From contig OZ316891.1 in NCBI GenBank assembly GCA_973895155.1, positions 31,255,112 through 31,319,111 on the forward strand: a stretch of 64,000 nucleotides of DNA, given 5' to 3'. The translations under genes and the position numbers were made by a program. The notes beneath the pieces are model-generated. The model saw only the letters and a list, made by a program, of their open reading frames with translations, had not been told where the DNA came from and made no database searches. Within the stretch, counting starts at the first letter, position 1; the number at the start of each line of letters is the position of its first letter. Positions 1 to 13,200 of this stretch are shown here, piece by piece. Source of the stretch: Marsupella aquatica (lineage: Eukaryota; Plantae; Marchantiophyta).

Positions 1-1672
1 CTTTGGAAGTCGAATGTAGCAGCTCGTGCGAGCAAACAGGAATAGTGTGCCAAGAAACCATTTGCAGTTGTGCCAAGAAACCTCGGAGTCCGTCGCCACC
101 CAGCAAGTTTTGTGGGTACATGCCAAAACTCATGCCAGAGGAAGCGCACTGGGGCACTTGTACTAAAGCATTCCTCGTCAATAACCTGTGCAGACTGACT
201 CAAGGTTAGGATTCCACCTAGACAAGCTTAAACATGTCCAGGATTCAACACATAGAAATTCGTTCTTTACCACAAGACAGAAGAAGATCGAACACTTTTG
301 CCATGTCTAAGGTTTAAATGAACCTGAACTTTGTTTGCTAATTGCAAAATAAGTACGTACGGAAAACCTGAAGAGGTAACGATGGAAATTAGAAGCTTTC
401 GGAAACCTGAGATCGTGTAATTTCAGTCTTGCCAACCACAAATTTGTGAGAAAAACTAATTTGTGAGAAAAGATTTAACCGACTTAAACGGGGAGAACAT
501 GCAAAAGACTTCGCCTGAAGTTGAGAAGTGGAAATGACTAATCGAACCATAAAAGCCAATCAATCGAGCTCGTGACACTCACCTCGTGAAACGACTGAGC
601 TTAACGAGGTGAGTTTCATGAGCTTTACGTCCATACACATTGCACGAGATTTAGGGATGTATAAGCATTGATACTCTCTCTGTCCAATATCCACATTTCT
701 CGTCTTTTCTTTCAATTGACTCTCACTAGTCCTGTTAATTTTCTCTTCCGATTTGCCCTGGATGGGCAATTTCTCTTTTATTCTAGGCTACATTTCATGG
801 ATTACCTTCCCTTTTCACTTGGGCAGCTTGACGTTCTACAATATCTAACAATAGACAATTGCAACAGACTATCTCTTCCAGAATCGAGTACACGAACCTA
901 AGGACAAGAAAGACAAGGCGGACAGGGAAAGGAAAGAAGACTAGAACTTTGGAGGGCAAATCGAAACAGCAGCATCCGAGGAAACCTCTGGAATGCAATT
1001 GAATATCGGACACGAAACACAATTTTTTATTTGATTTCAGCAGATTTAATTATACTGCAAAAGAATTAGTACAGAGTGAATCTGTGGGCCGTAGCGGATA
1101 TGCAGACCCACCTTTTGTCAAGCTAACGTTCATTCCCAAGCAAAACTGAAACGGCACAAAACAACTGGAATACAAGGTGGCTCGTTGCTTGTTGACATGG
1201 TTTGAGAAGCCCAAGTGAAACAATCCTTACTTGGGTTATCTATTGCCCATCACAATATTATCATGGACTATTGATACGCTTAATGACAATAGAATCACGG
1301 TAAATCAACAATTTAAGCAAGCTGAGTCAGCTCAGTCAGCTCAGTCAATTGGAAATAGTGGGACAGACACCCCAGGCTTGCTAGTTAGGTCCTGCTTTGC
1401 TGAGGTAGATTATGATGGAGCATAGCACCAACACCAAATCTTAGTGATTGGTTGATTGTTTGATACAACTTACAATTTAGATAGCAAAGATTAACTCCAA
1501 CTGCAAATTTGCCAATTTGAAGGGTTTACTAATGACAAGTCAAGCACAAGATGTTGGGATGCCCATCGGCCATGAGCATAAGTGAGTCCTTAAGATTGTG
1601 AAGCAACTTGTTTGCTTTATTGTAAAAACCACAACACCAGGCTGATGTCAAGCGGAAGACAGACAAATGGTG

Positions 1673-1850
1673 AAAACCGGTGGTGGCATGTGGTTGTGTC
1701 GCAAATGGCCTCTATGCTTGAATTAGGTCACAACTATGTTGTCTACTGAAACTTCTAGGCTAAAACCGGTGGTGGCATGTGGTTGTGTCGCAAATGGCCT
1801 CTATGCTTGAATTAGGTCACAACTATGTTGTCTACTGAAACTTCTAGGCT
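1673..1850. repeat. Perfect tandem duplication, 2 x 89 bp
   Basis: AAAACCGGTGGTGGCATG...CTTCTAGGCT at 1673-1761 and 1762-1850. Confidence 0.92.
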
Positions 1851-4254
1851 TCCCGGTGCTCCATGGTGCTTGTCCATAGGATATGCTAACTGTCATTAAA
1901 TGCAAGAAGTGCTGAGAGCTGAAAGGTTGGGCAGGATGTCATCACTAGCCCACTATCTCCTATTGTTGAAACATTCACTTCTCAACTAGAGAGTGAAGGC
2001 CCAAGGGCCCATCCTTATACTATTGTTGGGCATCCCTCAGGTGGCTTGTCACACAAGCCACTGTCAGTGGTTGGTTGCCATGCCTTGTCATGCAAGCCAA
2101 GGTATTTGTTTGCAATGCAAGCTCATAAGTTGAGTTGTCATGTAAGGCAAAGGTGGACCCCTGTCTTTAAGCTGGTGGGTCCACCCTAGCCTCCAATTCC
2201 TATGGGGCAACAAGCACAAGTTCTTTCTTTCCCAACATTTGAGGCTTTTACCTAGGATGTTTTTAACCTTGGTTTGCTCTCCCTAACCTAGTTGTGTCCA
2301 AGGGGGGCTCACTCTGTGGTGGATTAAATATTTAGGCATGGTGTTTTGGGTAATAAACACCTAAGAATAAGAATTTGTTTTTTAATTACCTTTTACCCCT
2401 ATCATTTTTTGAATCTTCTACAATTATTCCCAAAATTGTTCTTTACCTTATCTTTCTTATATTGTTGGAAATTGGATGAAAAACTCCTAAAGTTTTTTCC
2501 ACAAAAATCTATGTCTTCCACCAAATGCAGATAAAAACCTATATTTTTCCACAAGTGGTAGGTCGCAAAAAAATAAGTGAGGACCCTGAGATTGTGTTGC
2601 TATCTCCAATTCAAGTTACATATGATTCCATTCGATTCACAAGCTTTTTGAGCTTGGTGTTGGTCGCTCACTAGCCGCCAAAAATATTGGTGGCAACACC
2701 TTAATCTGACCATGGCTAGCTTCTAGCTAGGGTATGTAGCTGGCTAACACAAGTATGTGGCTAAGCTGTAGACATGAGTTTGCATGACAAATGTATTTCA
2801 CTGTGAAAGGTGTTGCACCTAGGGAATCACTCTGCAGAATATTGAAATTATGTGCAAACAAATGAAGGTATTCTTTAATCTCATTTGTGTAAATGTCTAT
2901 AATGTAGGATTTCTTAATAAGTAAGGTGATCACTTTTTCGCTAAATTTCTCTAGCTTTCCAATGAAACTAAGATTGACAGATTTTATCAAGTATTAAGTA
3001 GGTTTATTATTTTGTTTTACATTGCAGAGCCCAAGGTGTTCTAAATATTTACATTTCTATCGGTTGGTTTTTCAGATACTTGCAAAAAAAAATTTAAAAA
3101 TACAAACATTTTGATGTAAGAGACTGATATATCACTAACAAGGCATCAAATGGAAATTTGTGTTACTTGGTTGTTTGTTGGTCTAAATTTTACTTTCTAT
3201 ATTTTGATCTTCTGATCTTTTTTGAATATTAGTGATTTTTCTGTCTTCCCTTGCATCAAACATGAACAGTTGTGTTTCTTTTTTGTTGAAGACATCATTG
3301 CTCTAGTTTGTGACCAAACATGATTATGTAGCTCAACATGTTGCTAGGGAGTTTGGAAGGAGCTTCTCATGGGGTCCTTAAATATATAATTATTCATTGT
3401 TGTCAATACAATGTGAGGTCATGCAGTTGTGAGGTCAACCTTTTGTGAGCTTATTGCTTGTAGTTTGAGAACCCCCACAGAGTAAGCTAAGATTCATAGC
3501 AATAAGCCAAGTCCAAAAACTTCACTATCAATTACTCACTGAGATTGTGTCTTAGTGATAAAAACTTAGATTTAGGGTTTTTGTTGGTTGAATCTATTTT
3601 AGGGTTTAGGGTTTTTCCTTAAATGCTGGCATAGTACCATGAGCTTTATTTGTAGGCTCCAATAGATTGATTGCAAGTTCAAAACTCCAGTAAGCAACAA
3701 GAGATGGACAATAAATATATCATGTTATGGGTGTGCTACAAAAATTTGGTACACTTCAATTTCAGCTTGTGGTTTAGAACTGATGAGTAAAGTCAAATCA
3801 AAATTTTCTGTCTTTCACAAAACTTGTAATAGACAGCAGATTTGAATTAATTACAGTAGCGCACCCAATGCTTTGTGGCTTCAAATCTACCATTCTATGG
3901 TGCACTACAAAGCTCTTAGGAACACGCATTTGTTGACATAAAACTGACAGATTTTGATTGAGCCTTGATCAAGCAATATCAAATGAATAGCTTTCTGTGT
4001 TTCATAGAATTGTTGCAATGCCTCGGGGGTTTCACAAACATGTTTGTTGTTTTATTACTTCTAAGGGAAGACTTAGAAATTTTTGTGGATCTAAAAGTAA
4101 ATCTATGGGCCCATACTTTGTCACATATGATGTGCCACTTTCGTGGAAGTGACCCCCTCAAGCTGGGTAGTTGTGCCCATTTTATGTCACATTGCTCAAT
4201 ACCAGTAGTGAGTGCATTTGCACAAAAGATACAGTTAAGAAAAAAGAAGTTACA

Positions 4255-4965
4255 GTGTCACCAAAGATGTCGTGAAGCTAGTAAACGATGTCATTAAGAA
4301 AAAACATGTTGTGAAGGAAAAAGTTGTCATTCAAAAAAAAAGAATTTGTATCGCCAATGATTTCGTGAAGTAAAAAGATGTTTAAAACAATGTTGTGTCA
4401 CCAAAGATGTCGTGAAGTAAAAAGATGTCATCAGATAAAACGATGTTGGTATGTGAAAGATGTGTCAAGTACGTAAATTAAAAGATATTGTCAAGTAAGA
4501 AGAAGTCGTGTTGCCAAAGTCAGATGTCGTGAACTAAAAAAGACATCGCGATATATGCCAAAAATGTTGTCAAGTAAAAAGATGTTATAATGTCAAAGAT
4601 GTTGTCAAGTAGAACTAAGTATGTAGTCAAGTAACAAATGTGGTTAGTCATAGATGTTGTGAAGTAAAAGATGTTGTTGCATTAAATGTTGTTTAGTAAA
4701 AGATGTTGTGCAAAAACTGTCCATAAATAAAATATGTTGTTGCTCAAAAGATGTCTTTAAGTAAAAGGACATCCTTGTGCAAAAGATGTCTAAGTAATAA
4801 AATATATCATTTGGCAAAAGATGTCAATGCATAATAGACAAAGTTATACTAAAGATGTTCTTGAGAAAAATATCATGATGAAAGTATATCATTGAGTAAA
4901 AGATTTTTTGTTAAAAAGATCTCATTGCACAAAATGGTTGACTAGTAAAAGATGTCATGGCTCAA
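4255..4965. repeat. Degenerate A-rich minisatellite (core AAAGATGT(T/C)GT / GTAAAA)
   Basis: Dozens of imperfect AAAAGATGT-type units spaced roughly 20 bp apart. Confidence 0.75.
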
Positions 4966-7950
4966 AAACGGACGACAGCAACCACAAAGTACCACCAGGT
5001 AAGAATGACTTTCTTCTTTGTATTTTTCCTTTTTTAATTCTTTTTAAACCTTAACCCCCCCCCCCACCCCAACCTTCCCCTTCCCTCTTTTCACTACTTT
5101 TTGGTTTGATGTTTTTGTATTACATTATGTAATATTGGCAGTCAATTAATTAAACTCCTCATATGCCATAGATTATCACCGGGGTGCTTGATATGGATGT
5201 CTAGGCATGGAGAGGAGTATTTTCTATGCATGGATGACTTCCTATGCATGGATGGTACTATGCATAGATGGTCTAGAAAGTTCTTGATTATCATGCATTG
5301 GCAGTCCCCTATATGTCTTGCTTGGAAAAGGTGTCACTCTTTTCTTTACACAAAATGTAATTCTATTTTGATTTATTCTTTCTTTTTGGTCAGATTCTTT
5401 ACTTTTTGGGCCATTCAAATTCAAAAGACGACCACTGCATAAAAGACAGGACATTGTGTTATAGTTCTTGATTTTGGTGAAAGGGTTTCAGTTTTTACTT
5501 ATGTCAAATGAAGATTCTTGTCCTATGTGCTCTGTTGTGTGAAGATGTCAATTATACTGAAAAAAATTCCAAATTTTGACTTGGCAAAATTGCTACAACT
5601 CTTAGTATATTTCTGGGAATACAAGTGCAAACGCTCAAATCCAAATGTTGAGCACATCCTATCAGTCTATATGCTCAAACAAGGCCCGAAACTAGGTTGT
5701 GTGCGGCATTTGAATACCCTAAACTATTGCATACATTTCTACTGTCCAATGTTTGTGTTTTGTTCCAGTTGCATTTGAGCTAGAATGCAGCTGCACTTGT
5801 CTTTACACTCCTCCACTATGTAATCAATTGTAGGCACTTTGCTTCTTTAAAAGGGTGACCTGAGCTTCAAGTATTAACAATTAACTCCTGTGCTCCTGTT
5901 TTTGTCTCCTTGCTTCACATTCAGCCCAAATTCACAGCTTGCCTTGCGAGGCCCTTGTCAGCTTGGATGGTCCTAAAGATCCCCACCATGTAGTCCATGT
6001 TCTCACCTGCTTGCTTGTGGCTATCCTATTGGGTGAGGGGCTTTGGCACAACCACATCATTCACAGCAAGATTTGTAGATGACATTCTGGGTGGTTGCAC
6101 CAATTGTGAGGCACACGGTTGCTGACTATGGGGGAGTTGGTGCCTACCATTGCACCTTCTCTAATCTTTAGAATGTTTGTGGCCTTCCACAAAGGAATGT
6201 TTCTTTGGCTTGTGAATTGTCTCCAAATCCTACAAAGTTGCCCCATCCCACTCCTCAAGGGGAGCCTCAAGGTAATTGACTCCAGACTTCATGTCTTTTC
6301 ACACACACACTGTCCCTTAGATGACCCTTGAGTGTCCGAGTGAGTGTCTCATGTTCAATCTTGAAATTTTGAAAAATGGCCTTGTAGTCCACATAGCACT
6401 TCTCCCAAACTTTGGGTGGGATGAGTTATTTAACCTGGCTTATGCTTTCTGCCTCTGCTAAGCTCCCCAAAATGCTTCCAATTTGCTCTTACTAACTGTC
6501 CCACATATCAACCATCTTTTGTTCCTCCTTTTTTGGGTCATCATTCCTATCTTGGTCAGAAGACCTTTTGTGCCATTAAACTTCTTCACTTGGTGCAGAG
6601 TCCTTGCTGCCACATTGGCTGCCACTACTTCCAGGAGACTTAGAGGATTGAGCAATTATCAAAATGCCTTTATTGGAGGCTATCCCAGTATCTTTACCTT
6701 TACTGGAGACTATCCCATTAGCTTCACTGAATTTTTCACAATTGTTACAATCTAAGACATTCAACCTACTCGGTATGTAGATTTGCACTTGTTACCCTGA
6801 GAGCATCCGCACCAGTGCTCTACGTACATCCGGCTACCGGCTGAAATATCCTATCTTATCTTGGCTCGACGCATGTTTTTGGCTTGCACAGGTGGTAGGT
6901 ATCACCCAAGTTTTTGCTACACTATTGACCCAAACTTTTCTTGAACAACATACTTGGCCCCTTTTCAAGTTTGCACTCTCCTTTTGTAAATGATGCCAAA
7001 CTGCATCTAGTAATAATATGTTGCTGCTAATGCCACATGTTTACATCTGAGGTGTCCTAGATCATTGTCTTGTTTCAATGAACAGCCACTGTGCGCTTCT
7101 GAAGGTTGGAGTGTGTTCAAACACAGGTTTTACCAAGCACTGGTGCAACACCGCTCTTCCACCTGATCATATCTTGATGCAGGCCTCTTAGTTACCAATG
7201 AAAACAATACTTTCCCCTTGGGCAACGTCAGGCTGCAAAAGAGATGTTAATGTTGTAACTAGAGTGCATATCTTGCCTACCCAATTCAAATAGTTGGATG
7301 TCTCCCCACTCTCCTTTGATTTACAAGTTTTTCAACATAGGTCTTTTACTTCAGTGTGCAACTTCCCAAAGTTTACACATGCACAAAGTCCACAATTATG
7401 TATTTTTCAGTTGCAATCAAAAAATTCCTTTGTCCAATTAGACTTCTCTCTAATCTGAAACATTCTATAATCAAACCCTCCATTGGATCCCAAATATTGC
7501 CATTGGACATCAAGCCCTGACTAGGCAAAATTTTGTCAGGGTTAATTTAGTGTTTCTTTAGGATACTAGTGCAATCCTGACCTAATTAAAAGACCTCTAC
7601 TTTACATATATAATATTCTACAATATTTATATTTTGAGCTTTAGATGATTTATCTTACTAAAAGGTATATGATAATGAATATTCTCTATGTTTTTCATTA
7701 TAAACACCTTCTTGTTCACATTTGCCTTATAAGAAAAGATTGCATGTGATTGTCATTGAACTTGAGCAACCCTCAGGGATTGTAGACAACTTGTGTTCAT
7801 GATGCAGACTCGTTGAAAAACTTTAGCAACACTGGTCTAAACTCAGAAGCCTAACTATAATTGGACCAAATCCAGGAACTAAATTAAAATGCAAAAAATC
7901 AAATTTCAATTTTTATGATATGGTGATATATGACAAATACAATGATACAC

Positions 7951-8355
7951 AATGTTTGGATGTGAGATTCACCAGGGGCTCCAAGCTCAGGTCCGATTAC
8001 CTAACATGTGTGATGAGGCATAATGTTTGGATATGAGACTCACAAGGGGCTACAAGCTTAAGTCTGGTTACCTAGCATATATGTATGTAAATGAGACATA
8101 ATGCTTGGATGTGAGACTTGTGAAGGGTATGAGCCTAGATCTAAACATCAAGCATATGTAATGTAATGAGGCATAATGTTCGGATGACTGTAAGACTCAG
8201 GGGGGCTACAAGGGGGCTACAAGCTTAGGTCAGCTTACCTAAGATATGTGATGGGGCATGATGTTAGGATGTGAGACTCTGCAAGCTTAGGTTTGACCAC
8301 CAAGCATAAGTGATAACAAAGGAGTATTGCTTGAATGTGAGATTCGCAAGGGGAT
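7951..8355. repeat. Degenerate minisatellite, 5-6 copies of ~70-85 bp
   Basis: Units begin AATGTTTGGATGTGAGA(C/T)TC...GGGGCTACAAGCT at about 7951, 8022, 8100, 8175, 8260 and 8326. Confidence 0.8.
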
Positions 8356-9104
8356 CAAAATTAACAAACAAGGGTCTTTTTCAGCTGAATTGCCAGGGTC
8401 TAATTATAATATCTATTCTAGTCACAGTCCCCTAAAAATAGACACCATGGCTTCAACAGGTCTTAGCGAGCCAATAGCCATGACAAAAACATGGTTCCAA
8501 AGATTTCACCATTTTTAGTTTTTTTTTTAAAATTGAAGAGCAAAACCTCACGGTAGAGGAGAGGAATGGGAAAAAGGAAGAAATTTTGGACTCTTCCTTT
8601 TATATGGCCAGTGGTGGTTTTAACTACAATTGGCACACTGACATGACCTAATAAATTAAACAGACAAAATGGACCCTTTGGTTGGGCGGGGGTTAATTAT
8701 TTGTATAGAGGCTCTCACGAATTCGACCAATTAGCACCGCCATGCATGGATAGGCTTTGGAAGCCAAGGCGAAGGCAAAGGCTCCCGGAACTGAACCGCA
8801 GGAACGGACGCACGCACGCACGCACGCACCGCCGTAGAGCTGCCTTCAACATTACGGCTGCCGGATGTCCACTTTGCGGTTAGCCCTAAATCCCGTAATC
8901 TCGTCTCTGGCGGGGGTTACGAACCAACCCCAGTTCACGTCAGGTCAGGTCAGGGTTTTGTATGCCCCAGCTCCCTCCCTGTCTTACTAACCATGCCTGC
9001 CTGACCAGACCATTTCATGCCCTACGAAGAAAGGAGCTTTGCCATTTATGTCCCTCTCGCTTCGTATGTTGTGAAGCAAATAGTGCTCGTCATGTTCTTC
9101 TCTT

Positions 9105-9160
9105 CTCTTTCTCATCATTCTCTCCCTCTCTTCTCCTCTCCTCTCCTCTCCTCTCCTCTG
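9105..9160. repeat. (CTCTC)n pyrimidine microsatellite
   Basis: Directly visible CTCCT/CTCTC repeats. Confidence 0.7.
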
Positions 9161-9479
9161 CTTCATTTCCCCTTGTGCACGCTCAAAGGAAGGCCATCGT
9201 CGAGTGTCGGTCGATCCGTGATGCGGTGAAGAGTAACCATCCGTGCGCTGTGTCTTTGACGCAAGAGAAGGGCTCGGACAGGCAATGGATTGAGCCTGAA
9301 GGAGAAGAAGAATCGTGGAGGGGCAAGGAGTGACAGACCAGAGCAAAGCAAAAGGAGACCGGAGTTCTTCTGCTGGAACAACATGCCGGTGTTGGTCCAG
9401 CGATGGTATCCGTGGCTTGGGCGCTAAGGAAGTGACCGTCTGAGGAACGATGGACACGGGATGGGCGATGGCTCACGTC

Positions 9480-9487
9480 TATAAAAG
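9480..9487 (+). promoter_or_regulatory. Putative TATA box of the NUP98-96 gene
   Basis: TATAAAAG, followed by a short pyrimidine-rich leader, a donor-like CG|GTAACT at ~9602 and an acceptor GCAG at 10202 just before the ATG (probable 5' UTR intron). Confidence 0.45.
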
Positions 9488-10230
9488 GAGCCTGCATCTG
9501 CTGGGCGTCTTCCGTGAGTGAATTCTGCATCTGCTGGCTGGCTTTTTCTCGGAGCGCCCTTTCTGAACTTTCCGTTGAGGTTGTAATCCCTGTTCCAGAC
9601 CGGTAACTCTTCGGTCCTCTCCGTTTTCTGGCTTGTTTGCCTGCGGCTGGGTTCGTTGTCGGAAGGCTGCTGGAGGTTAAGCAGGGGCGGCTAAATTGTG
9701 AATTGGACAATGGGATAAGCAATCACACTCTCACACGGGGTGAAGATTTTATCTCTGGATCGTCATTCGCGTGTGTTTTGGTCTATGTGTGTCATCTTGG
9801 CTGCCACTTTGTGGTCACGGCCTTTCCCTCCTACAATGCTCCATTCCCATTCCACCGTAGTAGTGCACGATGCAGACATAACTGTCTAGTTTCTAGCTCG
9901 CATCCTGCATCGGAGGGATGGTTTGGGCGGCAAGTTATCTGTATCTTTGAAAGGCTGATAGATTTGTTCGTCGCCGTCCTATCGATTTTCCCTATTTCCA
10001 TTCTTCCTGTACTTGTTTCTCCCTCCGATTTCTTTCGTCCAGAAGAGACATCTTTGTCCTAGGTCGTGGTTCACCGCCCTGACCTGACCAGGTTGATTGT
10101 CGTGCAGTCTGGACGTGGTGTGCCGTGTGCAGTTGTACTTGTCGATTAGACCAATTCTTGCGACTCAGAGCGAAGCTGACACTTATTTGTGTGCTTGAGC
10201 AGGCTGATCAGGGTTTGGGCAGCAGAGTAA

Positions 10231-13200
10231 ATGGCCATGTTTGGATCAAGCAGCCGTAAGTACCTCCACTTCGGATGTAGTTTTAAGACCTGCACTATTC
10301 TGAATGCTTTCATTCATTTCTATGGATCGGACTCGCTGTTTGATACCTTCCTGGTCGTCTTAGTCCTCTGTCGGTCGTTAGATTTACTCGACTCTCCAAC
10401 GTTTGGCAGCAATACTTCCTGAAGATTGTTGCCGTTATTTCTGTCATATGTGGTATTGGAGTTGTCGTCCTTCCATTATGAAGGTCTTCCTGTTTCACGT
10501 TCTCATTGCCGGAGGAGAAGATATGTCTCGGCCACGCATTGCCACTAGTTTCGTGATATGCATGCTGAACAAGTTCGATCCTAAAGGGTTTTCTGTGTCG
10601 TTTGGCCTCTCTTTTTCGTTAAGTGGTCGTAAATTTCGTTCTACGATCTGCCTTTAGACGGGGGGTGTGAAAGAATCGTATTGACCTGATAGTCCATAGT
10701 TCCAGCATGAGCTGATTCGCTGCTGGTGTTTCCGCGTTGCTTTGCAACAATTCGAAACCAACTGCCGGGTTTTTGACCAACGAGTTTCGAAGCTGCCTGT
10801 TTGCTAGGGTCCATTTTTTTCGTTGTTCGCAGGCAAGGTGTTGCCGTTTAATTCTGTCAGTAGCCTATGGCTCGGTCAGAATGGTTACTAGCAACTATTG
10901 GATGGTTATGATATCGAATTGTCGTCGATACGCCCGGATTTGTCTGAGTATGATGGTGAATGTTGAATTCCTTAGTATTGGAAGACAGCTAGATAGAAAG
11001 TCCATGACTGAGGGAACTTAAGATTAAGATTAAGACGTTGTTTCAGGCTATTCACTTTCATGGTGAATGAATCAGCTGATTTGTGTGTCTTGCTGATTTG
11101 CGTCTTGCTTTTTGACAGCCTTTGGGGCATCTTCGTCCTCCCCCTTTGGAGGGGCTGCCACATCCTCTAATCCCTTTGGGGCACCTGCTCAAAATAATCC
11201 CTTTGGGGCAAATCAATCTGCAAACCCATTTGGTGCCAAACCATTTGGAAGCTCTCCATTTGGTGGACAGGCTGGCGGTTCTTTGTTTGGAAGTGGAACT
11301 GCAACAGGTGTGTTTGGTGCTACACAACAGCCTGCTTTTGGTGGTACAACATCAGCATTTGGTGCGTCATCCACTGCTCCCACCTTTGGCAGTACTGCTA
11401 CACCTTTTGGAAGTGGTACGTTACATTTTGGACCCTCTTTTCAAGTAAATCCCTCAAACCGCTTGAATGTCGTCCGCAAAGCACTGCTGAAAGCGTGGTC
11501 GTTCGTAGCTTTAGCGGTTGCGTCTGTGAGCTGTTTTGATATAAGTTACACCCTGGTTGTCATACGTACCTTAAAAGTTTAATTTCCTTGGATTTGTTTT
11601 TTAGACACCATAGTGGAAAAAGCCCACTTTAGTATGTATACAATTAGGGCTGATTGCCATGCATAAGGTTTCTTATCTGTGGCTGTTGGAATTTCAGGGA
11701 CCCCTGCCTTTGGCCAGAAGCCCGCCACTTCTTTTGGAGGTTTTGGGGCAACTCCAGCGCAAGCAAATCCATTTGGAACTTTTGGACAGACGCAACCTGC
11801 ATTTGGGAGCCAGCCATTTGGATCATCACCCCCTGCGTTTGGCGCCACGTCGACTCCTGCCTTTGGATCAACTGCCACTCCGGCCTTTGGGGGTAGCAGT
11901 ACTCCTGCTTTCGGTGTATCGTCCACGCCTGCATTTGGAGCAACGGCTGCTTCCCCTTTTGGATCGTCTACACCTGCATTTGGCAGCACTTCTGTTTTTG
12001 GCCAATCCACTCCTGCTTTTGGAGCAAGTTCAAGTCCAGCCTTTGGTAGTACGCCATTTGGAAGTGCCACTACTGCTTTTGGCGCTCCTCAAAGCGGACC
12101 CGCTTTTGGTGACTCATCTTCACATTCTTTTATTCCTAGGGTTTGGGCTGTGAAAGTAGTGTTGGCAATGACTTAAGTTATCACGTGCCTGTCCTGGATT
12201 TTGAGGATTTTCATTTTTGTTTATTATGGTGGACAACGTTGACTTATATGTCGGTTGTGTTGGATTTTTATATTTTGGTTGTCCCCAAATAAATGATCTG
12301 AAATGGCTGCCTGTTGGCTTTGTCTGTTAGGTTCAACACCCACAGCATCATTTGGTGGAACAAGTTTCGGGGCATCTTTCGGTGGACAACGGGTTGGAAG
12401 CAGAGTCGTACCTTATGCTGTCACAAATGATACCGATGTTGGAGTTGGTGGGCAGGTTGGGAAGTTCATGTCGATCTCAGCAATGCCCTCTTATAACACC
12501 AAAAGTCCGGAAGAGCTGAGATGGGACGACTATCAGGCCAATGACAAAGGTGAGATTTGTGTTCATTTCTCTGCTTATGTGATTTCATGACTTAAGCTCA
12601 AAACAAGCTGTAATTAAAGTTTTGGACGTGTATAAATATTGGTTGATGATTGTCAAGAATGAAATTAATAAATGAGCGGATTCTTTGCCCAGTGCTCTCT
12701 GCGGATTTGAGTCTGGGAAAGAAGGTAACCAGAAGGGTTGTACTTATATGCGATCTATATTGTTGATTTTTCCTTCTATTTTTAACCTCTGAATTGAACT
12801 TTTATGTAGGTGGTCCAAATCAAGCTGGGCAGCAGCCTGCTACTGGTGGGATCTTTGGCACAACTCCGCAGAGTCCTTTTGGTGGTGCTTCGACTGGGGG
12901 TTTTGGCCAACAGCCACCCGCCCCAAATCCGTTTGCTACGACACCTTCGTCAGGAATATTTGGCGGACAAAAGCCTACAGCTGGGTTCGGAGCAACATCG
13001 ACGCCATCATTCGGGTCGACACCTGCACCAGCATTTGGGCAGAGTCCGTCTCCTTTTGGCCAGACTCAGTCTCCATTTGCCGCACCGTCAACAATGTCCT
13101 CCTTTGGACAAGCCAGCGCTCCTACATTCGGATCAACACCATCTCCATTTGGTGGGAGCACTGGGGCAGGATTTGGTACAAACACATTTGGATCAACACC

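Noticed and set aside
3570-3615. Telomeric array (TTTAGGG)
   Set aside because: Only two or three interrupted units, so interstitial telobox-like words rather than a telomere.
7951-8355. CRISPR-like array
   Set aside because: Whole units are homologous and degenerate with no unique spacers, the context is eukaryotic, and there are no cas genes.
8962-10062. Several 120-180 aa ORFs upstream of NUP98
   Set aside because: They overlap CT microsatellite, promoter and UTR-intron sequence, and have no recognisable domains.
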